Notes under the pieces: generated by a model
Told to the model about the DNA's origin: nothing
What the model saw: only the letters and a program-made list of their open reading frames with translations
Databases searched by the model: none
Position numbers and translations under genes: made by a program
Part shown: positions 1 to 8,741 of the stretch, piece by piece
How positions within the stretch are numbered: position 1 is the stretch's first letter
Layout of the letters: the number at the start of each line of letters is the position of its first letter
Assembly (NCBI GenBank): GCA_048939765.1
Contig: JBHLPF010000035.1
Span: forward strand, 1-38,439
Direction: 5' to 3'
Length of the DNA stretch: 38,439 nt
Source: Promethearchaeota archaeon
GTDB lineage: Archaea > Asgardarchaeota > Thorarchaeia > Thorarchaeales > Thorarchaeaceae

Positions 1-46
1 ACCAACTCCGGAGGCTGGTGCCTTATCCAGGCTAGACTACGGCCCC
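1..46 (-). tRNA. tRNA-Arg(CCG), 5' half (truncated by window edge)
   Basis: Minus strand reads GGGGCCG TA GTCT AGCCTGGATA AGGC A CCAGC CT-CCG-GA GTTGG T: acceptor 5' strand, D arm, and anticodon stem CCAGC/GTTGG with a 7-nt loop and anticodon CCG. Confidence 0.92.
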
Positions 47-95
47 AAGACTCCTCATAGATTCCTCTTTTTAGATTTGCTGCACAGCACCAAGA

Positions 96-629
96 TTATT
101 CTCGAACAAGGTCAGGCTCGACAAGCCACCATGCATCACGTTTCCCCTTTACCTCCCCCTTTTCATATCTGAGAATTCGAGATCCAAGGACCGCCTTGGA
201 TCGATCATTCAACTTCCGGATTCGTACGTGAATTGTTTTGCGTTTCTCTGCATCTTTGAGGAATTTCTTGGCAATCTCTGGCGTTGATGCGCCCTCATGT
301 TGTAGGAAGTAGGCGACTATATTGCGGTCTAGGTCATCTCGACATATCTGAGTCCGGACAGTCTCATTCATTCCTCCAATATAGACACTAGTAGAACGAA
401 TACTCTCCAGATGTTCTACCCTCTCCTGAAGCTGTTCCACATCTTTCATCAGCTCGAAGACCACGGGAGGAATATCCTTGTCAAGTCTCCACAGAATAGC
501 ATCCTTGATGAACCTCTGTCGCCCCCGCTCTCCGGCCATGGCATCTATTCTCTTCAGGGTTTCCTCGTCAAGCGCTACACGAATGCTGAGAGTTCTCTTC
601 TTGCGTGCTGGATTCATCTCAATGTCCAC
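96..629 (-). CDS. Putative transcription regulator: N-terminal ribbon-helix-helix, coiled coil, C-terminal winged-helix-like domain
   Basis: RVALDEETLKRIDAMAGERGRQRFIKDAI is CopG/RHH-like; central heptad segment; IVAYFLQHEGASTPEIAKK is wHTH-like. Confidence 0.55.
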   Translation of the reverse strand: MDIEMNPARKKRTLSIRVALDEETLKRIDAMAGERGRQRFIKDAILWRLDKDIPPVVFELMKDVEQLQERVEHLESIRSTSVYIGGMNETVRTQICRDDLDRNIVAYFLQHEGASTPEIAKKFLKDAEKRKTIHVRIRKLNDRSKAVLGSRILRYEKGEVKGKRDAWWLVEPDLVRE

Positions 630-752
630 CTCTTCCGACTAGACCACATTCAATACCGGAACAAAAAGCCTTCCTCTATCTGATGTGCTCCTCCGACACA
701 GTTATAACAAGTGCCGCAGCGGGCACGCTGAAGAAGCAGCGGTGAGAATCTG

Positions 753-1202
753 ATGGTCAACAAGGAGAAGGCTGCGAAACGGGACCTGATAAGAATAAGA
801 AAGAGCCAGAATCCGCAGCAGATAGACTTCAGAAGAATGCGGAAGCATCGCAAGGCGCGATCAGAATTGTGGGCATTCAAGAAAAAGCCCTCATCACATG
901 TTGTTAAGGAGAAGAAGGAGAAGGCCAAGCCCAAGAAGAAGGCGCCAAGAAGAACGAAGAAGCCGGAACTGGAAGTCATTGACGAGGAACCTGAATTAGA
1001 AGTCATTGATGAGGAACCAGAACTCGAGGAGATTGAGGATGAACCAGTATTGGCGGTTCTTAAAGAGGAGCCAGAACTGGAAGTCCTCGAAGAGGAAGAA
1101 GAGGAGCCAGAACTCGAGGCCATTGATGAGGAACTCGAGGACCTTTACTCGTATGATGACGATATTCTGGATGATGATGAACTCGAGGAACTGGATGAGT
1201 AG
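753..1202 (+). CDS. Hypothetical bipolar protein (basic N-terminus, acidic repeat C-terminus)
   Basis: ATG preceded by GGTGA Shine-Dalgarno-like motif; K/R-rich first 70 aa, E/D-rich remainder. Confidence 0.75.
   Translation: MVNKEKAAKRDLIRIRKSQNPQQIDFRRMRKHRKARSELWAFKKKPSSHVVKEKKEKAKPKKKAPRRTKKPELEVIDEEPELEVIDEEPELEEIEDEPVLAVLKEEPELEVLEEEEEEPELEAIDEELEDLYSYDDDILDDDELEELDE
963..1133 (+). repeat. Six degenerate 27-bp coding tandem repeats (PELEVIDEE)
   Basis: Units start at 963, 990, 1017, 1044, 1071 and 1107 (e.g. ccggaactggaagtcattgacgaggaa / cctgaattagaagtcattgatgaggaa). Confidence 0.85.
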
Positions 1203-1280
1203 AGTCTACACCTTCCTTCAATTCATGACAAAGAATAAGACAAGGGTTTCCCTGAATTAGCTCGTATTCAGGTGATTTGA

Positions 1281-2096
1281 GTGACTACTCTATTGACAAT
1301 CATAAAGCATCTTGAGATGATTGCCCCTCCGCCTCTTGCATTTGGAGGTCTTTATTCTAGAGTGGAGATAGGGCCTCAGACTGAGAAAGAGCAAGAGAAA
1401 ACGACTGTCAATCGAATCATCATTGCCACATACCCCTCCGGAAGAATAGTGGCTAAGGCTACACAAGACAAGGCAAACCTGCTCGTGATACATCGACCGT
1501 TGTTTCCTTTTGCAGTGGATCGGCTTTCAGGTCTTGACCTGATCAGAGTCAGGCTGTTGACGAAGAACTACATCTCGAGCTATATGATTGGTAGTGCATG
1601 GATCTGCGCACGTGATGGAATAGCCGATGCCTTGGTTGAAGCCCTGGAATTGAACAGGAAGCAAGAGTTCCTGGTCATGGGAGATAGTGAAGACCTTGTT
1701 CCTGCAGGTAGAGTCTGTCGACCTAAGACCACCATGAACCATTCGCGGTTCGCTAATTATCTAGCTGAGAAACTTGGGATTGAAACCGTGAAGTTTACGG
1801 GCGACTTAGATGAAGAGGTGGGTCAGACGCTGGTATTCCCTGGTAGCCTCTTGGATGTACCCGAGATTCTAGCCGCAAAGAAACAGGATATCACAACAGT
1901 AGTCACTGGAGAGCTGTCACCTGAAGTGAGGCTTTTGGCAGCTGAGGAAGGAATGCAGGTCTACGAGGCGGGGGCATTTGTGACGGAGGAGCCAGGGATG
2001 AATCGATTAAAGCATCAGCTTAGTCTGCAGTTTTCTGACCTGAAAATTGAGTACACAAAGTCAGAGCCTGTGACGAAGATTCTTACAAAGAGCTAA
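1281..2096 (+). CDS. Nif3/YbgI (DUF34)-like protein, degenerate metal site
   Basis: Fold motifs LLVIHRPLF, VVTGE, EAGAFVTEEPGM; GTG start after AGGTGA. Confidence 0.75.
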   Translation: MTTLLTIIKHLEMIAPPPLAFGGLYSRVEIGPQTEKEQEKTTVNRIIIATYPSGRIVAKATQDKANLLVIHRPLFPFAVDRLSGLDLIRVRLLTKNYISSYMIGSAWICARDGIADALVEALELNRKQEFLVMGDSEDLVPAGRVCRPKTTMNHSRFANYLAEKLGIETVKFTGDLDEEVGQTLVFPGSLLDVPEILAAKKQDITTVVTGELSPEVRLLAAEEGMQVYEAGAFVTEEPGMNRLKHQLSLQFSDLKIEYTKSEPVTKILTKS

Positions 2097-2108
2097 GTGC
2101 AGAAGTCT

Positions 2109-2990
2109 TCAAGGCTTTCTGACAAGAATGACATTCTGATTGAGACTAGTGCCTATGTGTCTAGCCACAGGCGGACACTTCGTTCTAAGAATGTGCACGA
2201 TGGGACAGTGAGGCTCCAGTTCCGTCAAAGACTCGAAATTGCCCATTCCCTTGGCGACTATCAATTCTGCTTTGTTAAAGACATCTAGGAACTCCAACGA
2301 ATTCCTTTCAACATTCACTCCGATTGCAGCGGCACCTGTGTCTATGACTTCGTCGGCACATTTGTCTAGGTCGACTTCCTTGGCATCATTCATTGTAGCA
2401 TCGTTCAGAACAGGGCCTCCTTTTACTACTGCAACCACCTTCAATCCAAGATTCTTGAGCTCAGATATCAGAATCATGTCCAGAACAATCTCTCCAGCAT
2501 TATCCAGTAGGTACAGGACTTCCTTTTTGTCGCGGCATAATCTCATGAACTCGTCAATCTGATCAATCGCAAGATCTGATTCCACGTTTTCAACTATTCC
2601 ACGAAGCTCTTCCAAGTCGAAATCCCGACCTGAAACATCAAACTCGATTGCATTAGCTGCCGCGGCTATGAGTGCAGCTCTCCTGAACCTGCTCTCAGAA
2701 TTAGGAGACTCATCCAATAGCTGCGTCAGCTCTGGAAGGATACCAAGTGCCACGGCATTAGAAATGCGTTTGAGCTCTTCATATGGGTCTCTGCCTGTCA
2801 TCTCTTGTACCAAGAGGTCACGGTCTGTGCCGATGTGACTGGGCACTGCATCCATACTGAAGCTCTTGCTCAGAAAATCAAGCATTGCTGCAGTCACATT
2901 CATCCGTGTATCTGGGTCATCTGTCGCTAGCATCACTTGATTTATTGCTCTTTTGAGCAGACAGTGCGCGCATTCTAATGACACCTTCAC
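2109..2990 (-). CDS. DUF89/ARMT1-like damage-control phosphatase
   Basis: N-terminal ECAHC, DPY, ANAIEF, DNAGE, KGGPVLNDAT, KGMGNFESL, KCPPVA motifs. Confidence 0.92.
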   Translation of the reverse strand: MKVSLECAHCLLKRAINQVMLATDDPDTRMNVTAAMLDFLSKSFSMDAVPSHIGTDRDLLVQEMTGRDPYEELKRISNAVALGILPELTQLLDESPNSESRFRRAALIAAAANAIEFDVSGRDFDLEELRGIVENVESDLAIDQIDEFMRLCRDKKEVLYLLDNAGEIVLDMILISELKNLGLKVVAVVKGGPVLNDATMNDAKEVDLDKCADEVIDTGAAAIGVNVERNSLEFLDVFNKAELIVAKGMGNFESLTELEPHCPIVHILRTKCPPVARHIGTSLNQNVILVRKP

Positions 2991-3045
2991 CTACAATCGC
3001 CAACTCCTCGGGTGGGAATTCCTGTGAAAAATGAACCGGAATGGC

Positions 3046-3729
3046 CTAATCTCTGATCGGTTCAATCAAGTCTTTTAACACATCTTCAGGCTTGTTTGAC
3101 TTGGCAACAGCTGAAGCAAGAAGAACGCCCTGAGAACCGAGCTTGATAGCAGCCTTCACATCGTCCCCAGTCCCAATTCCAGCTCCACAGAGGATAGTGA
3201 CTTCCTTGTTTACCGCACGAATTCGTTCTACAGTGCCCGAGATTACTTCGGGCTGAGCCTGGGATACTGATATTCCGGATCCAATTAACTCTGGAGGCTC
3301 CACAGCGATGGCATTCGGATTGAGTGAAGCTGCTGCAACGCTGACCAATGGATTGTTCGTGCATACAATGGTGTAGAGATTGAGATGCTCAGCGCGCCTA
3401 GCGGCATCTTCAATGTCTGCAAGCTGCATTCTCTTCTCAGAGTGATTAAGCAATGTTCCAGCACACCCCGCATCAACTAGGGTTTCTCCAATAACATGCC
3501 CTGTGAACCGACCAGGGTCTCCTGGATCCATATGCTGTGAAAATACTGGAATATCAACTGCCCTGCTGATTCTATATAGGTCGGGAACCTGAGGGCAAAC
3601 GACAACTGAAACTCCATACTCCTTTGATACCTTCTCACAAGTCTGCGCAAGTAATACTGCCTTTTCTCCGGTGGCTTGTGGGTAGGTCTTGAAATTTATC
3701 GCAATAACTGGTAGCTCTATCGCTGGCAT
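3046..3729 (-). CDS. tpiA: Triosephosphate isomerase (archaeal type)
   Basis: INFKTY, NHSE, AVEPPELIGSG, LCGAGI, GVLLAS motifs; start moved to ATG at 3729. Confidence 0.97.
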   Translation of the reverse strand: MPAIELPVIAINFKTYPQATGEKAVLLAQTCEKVSKEYGVSVVVCPQVPDLYRISRAVDIPVFSQHMDPGDPGRFTGHVIGETLVDAGCAGTLLNHSEKRMQLADIEDAARRAEHLNLYTIVCTNNPLVSVAAASLNPNAIAVEPPELIGSGISVSQAQPEVISGTVERIRAVNKEVTILCGAGIGTGDDVKAAIKLGSQGVLLASAVAKSNKPEDVLKDLIEPIRD

Positions 3730-3822
3730 TTTGTACTGTCCTGCCGGTCTCCGCCTCAATAGCGATGCAGGCAGGGAATTCGTGGTGTTTCGGTTAATAA
3801 GTTGTTTTGCTCATTGCAGCAT

Positions 3823-4407
3823 CTAGCGGACTTGTCCTACCAGGAGCTTCAGGAGCGGGACTCTAGCATATCCCTGACGATTCATCCATACAAGGTCCTT
3901 GCGAAGTTCGATTTTTACAAATTTGCCAGCCTCAGGATTTCTGTAATATTTCATGTAGACTTGCCTAAACTCTTGGAAATTAGGCACACTCAATAGCTCT
4001 GTTACTGCATCATTCGAGATGCGTATGAAAACATCTTCATCAGGAGCAGTCCCTGTCCCGAATTTGACCTCACCTCGAGCCTCCTTGATGAAATTGAATC
4101 GTTCACCCATAGCCATGAACTCAATTGTAAACTCATCAGGGCCCTCGATATTTGCAGCGATGTTAGCATCTTGAAACATGTACTTCAGCCGGTCTGTGAT
4201 TTCTGAATGATATGGAATTGTGGCGGCCCCGTCTACTGGAAAGGGCTCATCAGGCTCAACTTCAGTCTCGGGCTCAGACTCAGCTGATTCCTCTGTGACC
4301 TCCGCAGGTTCTGCTTCTGGAGCGGTTTCTTCAGCGGCAGGGGTGTCTTCAGTTTTTGTCTCCTCTTTCTCTTCATCACGACCAAGTAGTTTCTTGATTC
4401 TATCCAT
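3823..4407 (-). CDS. Hypothetical protein with acidic disordered N-terminus and possible SCP2-like C-terminal domain
   Basis: E/P/A-rich linker, then GEVKFGTGTAPDEDVFIRISNDAVTELL reminiscent of SCP2 folds. Confidence 0.6.
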   Translation of the reverse strand: MDRIKKLLGRDEEKEETKTEDTPAAEETAPEAEPAEVTEESAESEPETEVEPDEPFPVDGAATIPYHSEITDRLKYMFQDANIAANIEGPDEFTIEFMAMGERFNFIKEARGEVKFGTGTAPDEDVFIRISNDAVTELLSVPNFQEFRQVYMKYYRNPEAGKFVKIELRKDLVWMNRQGYARVPLLKLLVGQVR

Positions 4408-4530
4408 CTTCCACACGGTCTCCTTTCAAAAGTCGACATCCTAGATTCGCGAAGCATTCAATATAGGTCTGAATAAGTCGACAAACACCGAATAACTGCA
4501 ATTGCAGAAAAAGGTAATTTGACTGTACAA

Positions 4531-4761
4531 TTAGGCTGATGGCTCAATAGGTGCTACTTTTGGTGCAGCGGCAAGTTCCTGAATCTGAGCAATAAGCGGA
4601 ACGGATTTGGATGGAGTGCGATTGCCCCATAACTCATCCACGAGAAGGTCTCGAATGGCAATTCTGATTACTTCAGAGCGGTTAGGGTATTTGCTCTGCC
4701 CAATGAGCTTGTCCAGACCTTCAACATAAGACTCAGGGAGGCAAATCGTTACTACTTTCAT
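4531..4761 (-). CDS. Ribbon-helix-helix (CopG/CdrS-like) transcription factor
   Basis: MKVVTICLPESYVEGLDKLI..KYPNRSEVIRIAIRDLL is a classical archaeal RHH signature. Confidence 0.9.
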   Translation of the reverse strand: MKVVTICLPESYVEGLDKLIGQSKYPNRSEVIRIAIRDLLVDELWGNRTPSKSVPLIAQIQELAAAPKVAPIEPSA

Positions 4762-4863
4762 TCTTGACCAATCAATGGAGGGCAAACACGTTAATGAAAG
4801 CGTGTCATTTCCAGATTGACACCACGGTATTACTCGCTCTCTATTGAAACTGGAAACGGCATC

Positions 4864-5907
4864 CTACGGGGTGAGAACAATCTTTCCGAATTGATCTCCA
4901 CGTTCTAGAATCTCATGGGCCTCTTTTGCTGAAGAGAGAGGGAGAATCCGGTCCACAATAGGTTTGAGCTGTCCATCCCACACTAGTTGAAGAACAGCTT
5001 CCAGCTCTGCTCGGCTGGCCATAGTAGACCCCAGTATGTCTAGTTGCTTCCAAAACACCAGATTGACATTTGTAACTGCGTTCGAGCCAGAAGTAGCTCC
5101 GCAAGTCACTAGTCGTCCGCCTTTGCGGAGGCTGCGAAGACTCCGTGCCCAAGTCGCTTCGCCAACCGAGTCGACAACGACATCAACACCTCGCCTATCT
5201 GTGAGTTTCCATATTTCTCTGTGATAGTCAGGTGTTTCTGCATGGTTGATCAGAAAGTCAGCACCTAGTTGACGTGCCTTCTCGAGTTTATCATTGGAAG
5301 AGCTGGTCACAAAAACACGGGCACCAGTTGCCTTGGCAATCTGTAGTGCAGCTACAGCTACGCCGCCGCCAATCCCAATAATCAATACATCCTCATCCGC
5401 TTTCAAGTGAGCCCTGGTCTTGAGCATCCTCCAAGCAGTCATGAATGTGAGAGGAACTGCAGCAGCCTCCTCAAAGCTGAGTTTAGTGCCCGTAGGAATG
5501 GGAATTACTTTGTAAGCATCGATTGCCATGAACTCCCTATAGCCCCCTGGGTGATGTTCACCAAGGATTCCATAAGTGGAGCACAGCGATTCTTCACCTA
5601 AGGCACAGAACTCACAGACTCCGCAGGAGACACCAGGGTCGATAACCACCCGTGTGCCAACTTTGAACTCATCTGAAACATCAGAACCCTTCTCCGCTAT
5701 GACTCCAGAAATATCACTTCCCAAAATGTGTGGCATCTGTAGACTCAGACCGGGAATTCCTGCGCGGGTAAACAGATCAAGGTGGTTCAAAGCAACAGCC
5801 TTGACCTCAATCATCACCTGGCCAGGACCAGCAATAGGCTTTGGAAAGTCCGTTGTGTACTGGAGCACATCTGGGGGCCCATGTTCGTTGAAAACTGTGG
5901 CTTTCAT
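4864..5907 (-). CDS. Zinc-binding MDR-family oxidoreductase (quinone-reductase/ADH-like)
   Basis: ALNHLD, structural Zn CGVCEFC..C, AAAVPLTFMTAWRML, GIGGGVA, GKIVL. Confidence 0.92.
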   Translation of the reverse strand: MKATVFNEHGPPDVLQYTTDFPKPIAGPGQVMIEVKAVALNHLDLFTRAGIPGLSLQMPHILGSDISGVIAEKGSDVSDEFKVGTRVVIDPGVSCGVCEFCALGEESLCSTYGILGEHHPGGYREFMAIDAYKVIPIPTGTKLSFEEAAAVPLTFMTAWRMLKTRAHLKADEDVLIIGIGGGVAVAALQIAKATGARVFVTSSSNDKLEKARQLGADFLINHAETPDYHREIWKLTDRRGVDVVVDSVGEATWARSLRSLRKGGRLVTCGATSGSNAVTNVNLVFWKQLDILGSTMASRAELEAVLQLVWDGQLKPIVDRILPLSSAKEAHEILERGDQFGKIVLTP

Positions 5908-6028
5908 TGAATCTCTCCTCAAATCTGGATTGCATAGGGCGAGGATTAGTCTAAAACTCTATGTTATAGCACTTCAGTATCGCAGTGCTTATTGCGGTGT
6001 TTTGCTTGGCTTGACATGGTGTCACACA

Positions 6029-6346
6029 ATGGGCAAGAAGAGCAAAGCCAAGAAGAAAAAAGGTGACGGGGGAGGCAAGGTATGCGCCAGTCATATTTTG
6101 GTCAAGAAACATAGCCAGGCACTTGAGATAATCAGCAGAATCAGGGAGGGAGAGGACTTTGCTGCTCTCTGCAGAGAGTACAGTGATTGTTCTTCAAAGA
6201 AGCGCGGGGGCGATCTTGGTTGTTTTGGAAGAGGCGAGATGGTGAAGGAGTTTGAAAGGGCAGTCTTTGCGCTCAGTGTAGGAGCAATGACCACAGAGCC
6301 GGTCAAGACCGAGTTTGGCTACCATATCATAAAGAGAACTGGATAG
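6029..6346 (+). CDS. Parvulin-type peptidyl-prolyl cis-trans isomerase (Par14/PpiC-like)
   Basis: ASHILVK, FAALCREYSDCSS, GGDLG, MVKEFE, PVKTEFGYHII; likely start is ATG 6029. Confidence 0.95.
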   Translation: MGKKSKAKKKKGDGGGKVCASHILVKKHSQALEIISRIREGEDFAALCREYSDCSSKKRGGDLGCFGRGEMVKEFERAVFALSVGAMTTEPVKTEFGYHIIKRTG

Positions 6347-6366
6347 CTATCTTGAAACAAAGAGAT

Positions 6367-6386
6367 TGCGGGATTGCAGTCCCGCA
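6367..6386. terminator. GC-rich hairpin between convergent parvulin and fbp genes
   Basis: TGCGGGA-TTGCAG-TCCCGCA perfect 7-bp inverted repeat in the convergent gap. Confidence 0.5.
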
Positions 6387-6387
6387 T

Positions 6388-7536
6388 CTACTCTGCAGAG
6401 GCAGAAGTGTCCTTGGCTTTGCCAGTCGGGACTATCTCCTGTTCAGTGAATCGAGTGCCACACTTGTCAAGCACTTTTGGCAGAGTGCTGTACTCCATAC
6501 GATCTGATGACAGTCTGTGGAATTCAAATGGACCGTGCCGACGAAGGTAGTCTGCGATCTCCATTCCACGCTGGCGAGTGATGTCAAACGCAACATCATC
6601 GAAGAGATCGACTGGACCGACGAGCATCCCGTCTGAAATCTGGAAGCCAAGTCCGATTACACGAGGCGGACCATCGAACCTTGTACATCGCGAGTCCTTT
6701 AGCGCAACTGGGAGAAGTGGTCCAGCGTGTGAACCGCGCATCCATCCAGCGACTAGATGCGGAATTGTGAATGCCTCCAGCACCTCTCCCATAGCAGGCA
6801 GACCTGAATGTGCTCTAATAATGGCAACAGGATCATCTTTTCCAACGTATTTCCCTGCAATGGCATGAAGCTTGTCTGTACTGACCGAAGCACAGACCAT
6901 GCCATCCGCTCGATAGATCTTCTTTATGGTGAAAGTCCCAGTGCTGCCGAGAAGAGCAAGTAAGTCGTACATCTCTTCAGGACATTTCATATCAACGAAA
7001 CACGGGACTTCCTTCATGATATCCTGGACCACGAAGGTGAACCCATCGTGAAGGTTCGGGTCAATGACGAGTCCGGCAGTGTTGAACGGATCTGCAAATA
7101 CCTTAAACAGAGGCAGATTGAACGCACCGGGCTCAGTCTTGTCAGCCATGAATATTGCGAATGGCTCAGACTTTCGTTCCTCAATTGTCATCTCAGCAGA
7201 GCCAGGTCCCATGCCCTTGACATTACCACTGAATGTGTCTGACAGGATGTCTTGGCCGGCTGCATAGATCTTCTTCTCACGAGCCAGTTCTGTACCCTTT
7301 AGAAAGGTTTCAAAAGCTAGACGATGAACCTCCTCGTTATTCTCACCCTTAAAATGAGTCATAATGAGTTCAAGATCGTCTCCGGCATTCGCCACATGGA
7401 AGTCGTTGATGATCTTCTGTTCAACACCCTTCTTCAGCTCCTTTCTTGCGAACTCAAACAGAAAGTCCGGAACAACAACATGACCAGCCAAAGAACCGAT
7501 ATCGGCTTTGATTACACTAATGGTGGTTTCAACCAA
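6388..7536 (-). CDS. fbp: Fructose-1,6-bisphosphate aldolase/phosphatase (class V FBPase)
   Basis: ISVIKADIGSLAGH, GDDLELIMTH, DKTEPGAFNLP, YVGKDDP, GWMRGSH, FDGPPRV; probable TTG start at 7536. Confidence 0.97.
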   Translation of the reverse strand: MVETTISVIKADIGSLAGHVVVPDFLFEFARKELKKGVEQKIINDFHVANAGDDLELIMTHFKGENNEEVHRLAFETFLKGTELAREKKIYAAGQDILSDTFSGNVKGMGPGSAEMTIEERKSEPFAIFMADKTEPGAFNLPLFKVFADPFNTAGLVIDPNLHDGFTFVVQDIMKEVPCFVDMKCPEEMYDLLALLGSTGTFTIKKIYRADGMVCASVSTDKLHAIAGKYVGKDDPVAIIRAHSGLPAMGEVLEAFTIPHLVAGWMRGSHAGPLLPVALKDSRCTRFDGPPRVIGLGFQISDGMLVGPVDLFDDVAFDITRQRGMEIADYLRRHGPFEFHRLSSDRMEYSTLPKVLDKCGTRFTEQEIVPTGKAKDTSASAE

Positions 7537-7744
7537 TCTCTTCTCGCTCCATTTCCAAATTGTCATGAGGGCATAGGATACCCTCTGGCAGGACTGGGCG
7601 CCTTTTGCATTCGTAATAGATTTTTCGGAGACCCTGTCCCGAACAAGGCTCAAATATTCTATGAACGTATAATAGTTTGTTGGTAGTGCAAATCGTGCCC
7701 CGAAACTCAAATAGCCTAGTAATGATGAATCAGAGGGGATATCG

Positions 7745-8578
7745 ATGCCAAAAGATACTGTTTCTGCACGTAAACCTGAAACCACTGAGCGACAGCAATA
7801 CCATATTGAAGTAAAACCTGGAGAGGTTGCAGAGACAGTTCTGCTTCCTGGAGACCCCCAGCGTGTGGCAAAGATTAGCTCAAATTGGGACTCATTTCAG
7901 GAGGTTGCTGCACACAGGCAATATGTGACCCACACAGGGTTGTTCAAGGGCACACCAATCTCTGCCTGTTCAACTGGTATTGGTGGCCCAGGTGCAGCAA
8001 TTGCAGTTGAAGAACTTGCCAACGTCGGTGTCAGGAACTTCCTACGTGTTGGATCGTGTGCGACACTCAAAGAAGAGATAGAGATAGGCGATCTGATTAT
8101 TTCCGCAGGTGCCGTTAGACTAGAGGGCACCAGTAAGCAATATGTGAGACCGGAGTACCCGGCAGGCGCATCATACGAAGTCGTCATGGCTCTCGTGGAA
8201 GCGGCAGACACTCTAGGATTCAATTATCACTTGGGAATATCAGCCTCAACAGACTCATTCTATCTTGGTCAATCTAGACCAGGATTTAATGGATATACAC
8301 AGAGCTTCAGTGAAACTCTGATTAGTGACCTCCAGAAGGCTAATGTGGTGAACTTCGAGATGGAGGCCGCTACTATCTTTACTCTGGCAAACATCTTTGG
8401 CTTTAGGTCAGGTGCGGTGTGCGCAGTCTATGCCAATCGTGTCAAGGATAAGTTTGCAGTCGCAGGAGAGGAGGACGTAATTGCATGCGGTAATGAGGCT
8501 GTACGAATTCTTGCGGAAATTGATGAAGAGAAGGCGATTGCAGGCAAGGACTACTGGACACGCAGTCATAAACAATAG
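7745..8578 (+). CDS. udp: Uridine phosphorylase
   Basis: QYHI, LLPGDPQR, STGIGGP, VEEL, LRVGSC, RLEGTS, STDSFY, NFEMEAA. Confidence 0.9.
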   Translation: MPKDTVSARKPETTERQQYHIEVKPGEVAETVLLPGDPQRVAKISSNWDSFQEVAAHRQYVTHTGLFKGTPISACSTGIGGPGAAIAVEELANVGVRNFLRVGSCATLKEEIEIGDLIISAGAVRLEGTSKQYVRPEYPAGASYEVVMALVEAADTLGFNYHLGISASTDSFYLGQSRPGFNGYTQSFSETLISDLQKANVVNFEMEAATIFTLANIFGFRSGAVCAVYANRVKDKFAVAGEEDVIACGNEAVRILAEIDEEKAIAGKDYWTRSHKQ

Positions 8579-8741
8579 ATGGCTGGAGGTTCCTGCAACT
8601 ATCTACAGGCACATTGCCAGTATAATGAATTAGACATGCCCGAAGTATCTTCTGATTTGGGGAATGCACTGATATATATCAGGAATCTTCAGCATACTCA
8701 TGTCCATTGGTGAGGGTTGCACAATCACTGTAAAAGAAGGA

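Noticed and set aside
650-1123. Ser-rich 157-aa minus-strand ORF
   Set aside because: Antisense shadow of the Glu/Lys-rich gene at 753-1202
5576-6028. Long N-terminal extension of the parvulin ORF
   Set aside because: Overlaps the dehydrogenase antisense; homology starts after ATG 6029
7537-7785. 83-aa N-terminal extension of FBP aldolase/phosphatase
   Set aside because: Family homology begins at TTISVIKAD; the extension would run through the divergent promoter and into udp
8579-8741. 44-codon ORF or second C/D RNA between udp and ABCE1
   Set aside because: No recognisable protein motif; the C-box-like ATAATGA is imperfect and lacks K-turn stem support
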